Assembly: GCA_965223345.1 (NCBI GenBank)
Contig: CBDCWG010000012.1
Location: 3,040,001-3,104,000, forward strand
Direction: 5' to 3'
DNA length: 64,000 bases
Source: Nitrospinales bacterium
Lineage (GTDB): Bacteria; Nitrospinota; Nitrospinia; Nitrospinales; VA-1
Of this stretch, positions 62,800 to 64,000 are shown piece after piece. The translations under genes were made by a program, and so were the position numbers. Within the stretch, counting starts at the first letter, position 1. Each line of letters opens with the position of its first letter. The notes below the pieces were generated by a model. The model saw only the letters and a list, made by a program, of their open reading frames with translations, was not told where the DNA came from and ran no database searches.

Positions 62800-63372
62800 T
62801 CAATGCCGCTGAGGCGTCTTGATGAGGCGGGACGCGTCGTACCCCTGATCCACCACCTTCTGCACCAGCCGATCATACAGAGCCGTTTCCATTTGCGGTT
62901 TGCGGCTCAGGATCCACAGATATTCCCGTGACGGGTGCCCGACGATGGAGTACTGGTAGTCGGGGTCCAGACCGATGATCCAGTAATCGCCGGAGAACGG
63001 CCAGAAAAACTGCACCTTCAGCTTGGCCTGGGTCGTTTCGTCCACCACCCACGCCTTGCCGATGGCTTCATCGAGCTCGCCTTCGAACCCGCCCAGCCAG
63101 CAGCGGTTGACCACCCGGATGTGGCCGTCGTCGCGTAGCGAATAATCCGCCTGGGAGGCGTAACAGTTCTCCTCGAAGCTGTGCGGATAGCGTGCGATCT
63201 CATACCAGGTGCCGAGATAGCGCTCGATTTCCACTCTGTCCACCGGCTGCACCCGGCCCGCCGCTTTCGGGCCGGTGTCCAAATGATTCATCGTCGTGCA
63301 CCCGGCGACAGCCCAGCACATCAACACGATTCCCGCAAAACACTTCACCGCCCCACTGGTTTTTAGACTCAT
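62800..63372 (-). CDS. blc: Lipocalin family lipoprotein
   Basis: VAGC lipobox; YLGTWYEIAR, KLKVQFFWPF, YLWILSR. Confidence 0.93.
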   Translation of the reverse strand: MSLKTSGAVKCFAGIVLMCWAVAGCTTMNHLDTGPKAAGRVQPVDRVEIERYLGTWYEIARYPHSFEENCYASQADYSLRDDGHIRVVNRCWLGGFEGELDEAIGKAWVVDETTQAKLKVQFFWPFSGDYWIIGLDPDYQYSIVGHPSREYLWILSRKPQMETALYDRLVQKVVDQGYDASRLIKTPQRH

Positions 63373-63478
63373 GGCAAACCGGTCTCCGCTGATTGAATTG
63401 AATTATTATGTCATAATGGCAGCTTACCAAACCGAGGCGCAGAGGATCAATGCTGTCAAACACAGGAATCATCGTCCC

Positions 63479-63955
63479 ATGAAAACACTCACCGCAACGG
63501 CTTCTCTTGTCACACTGCTTCTCACATCCGCTCCGGCGCAGGCCGAACTGAACCGCGAAACCCAGGAGGCGATGGCCCAGGGGGTGCAGCTCAAGCAGGA
63601 GCGGCAGTATCAGCGCGCCATCGAACGCTTTCGCAAGGTCACGCGCCTCGCACCGGATTATCCGGACGGATTTCTGCAACTGGGGTTCACGCTGCAGCAC
63701 GTCGAAAAGTATGCGGAAGCGATCGAGGCCTACGAATCCGGCCTGAAACTGAACGGCCGGCACCATTTCTCGCCGGAAGCCTATTATAATATGAGCGCCG
63801 CCGCCGACGCGCTCAATCAGGGCGAACGGGCGATCGCGTACATCAAAAAATCGCTGCAGGCTTACACCGACCGCAACGATTACGGCGGCGTTTACAAAGC
63901 CGGAACGTACCTGGAACACCTGACGAAAAAATATCCCGCCCCATCCCAACGCTAG
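63479..63955 (+). CDS. Exported TPR-repeat protein
   Basis: Signal peptide ending AQA; TPR-like helices. Confidence 0.85.
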   Translation: MKTLTATASLVTLLLTSAPAQAELNRETQEAMAQGVQLKQERQYQRAIERFRKVTRLAPDYPDGFLQLGFTLQHVEKYAEAIEAYESGLKLNGRHHFSPEAYYNMSAAADALNQGERAIAYIKKSLQAYTDRNDYGGVYKAGTYLEHLTKKYPAPSQR

Positions 63956-64000
63956 AGGCCGCATGATCCGCGAAGGCGAACTGATTCAGAAGCAGTGCAT

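Noticed and set aside
63964..64000. ORF start MIREGELIQKQC at the window end
   Set aside because: Too short to assign

Overview
Bacterial chromosomal window. GC-rich core genes, a five-subunit-type 2-oxoacid:ferredoxin oxidoreductase delta subunit and two DUF3365 c-type heme proteins suggest a Nitrospina-like (Nitrospinota) nitrite oxidiser; this is inference, not a database match. Bases 1-~5250 are the end of an element integrated at the 3' end of tRNA-Arg(CCT). It carries a lone HK97-fold capsid gene, a lambda-like cosQ/cosN site, a c4/CI-type antisense RNA with its upstream targets, and AT-rich cargo including a HigB-HigA(extended)-DUF6941-like module. This best fits a phage satellite (PICI/P4-like) with candidate defence cargo. 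The rest is mostly housekeeping: oppD/F-like ATPases, folC-lptD-pyrE, an orphan porD/forD-like gene, a CheA-less cheY-cheB*-cheR-cheX-cheX cluster, dnaK-grpE-dnaJ, a eukaryote-type UGPase, nnr-tsaE-lptCAB-rpoN-hpf-ptsN-ptsI-metK and nfi. It also holds signalling genes, lineage-specific hypotheticals, REP-like repeats and several candidate regulatory motifs. No CRISPR array or rRNA was seen. All calls come from motif recognition only; no searches were run.
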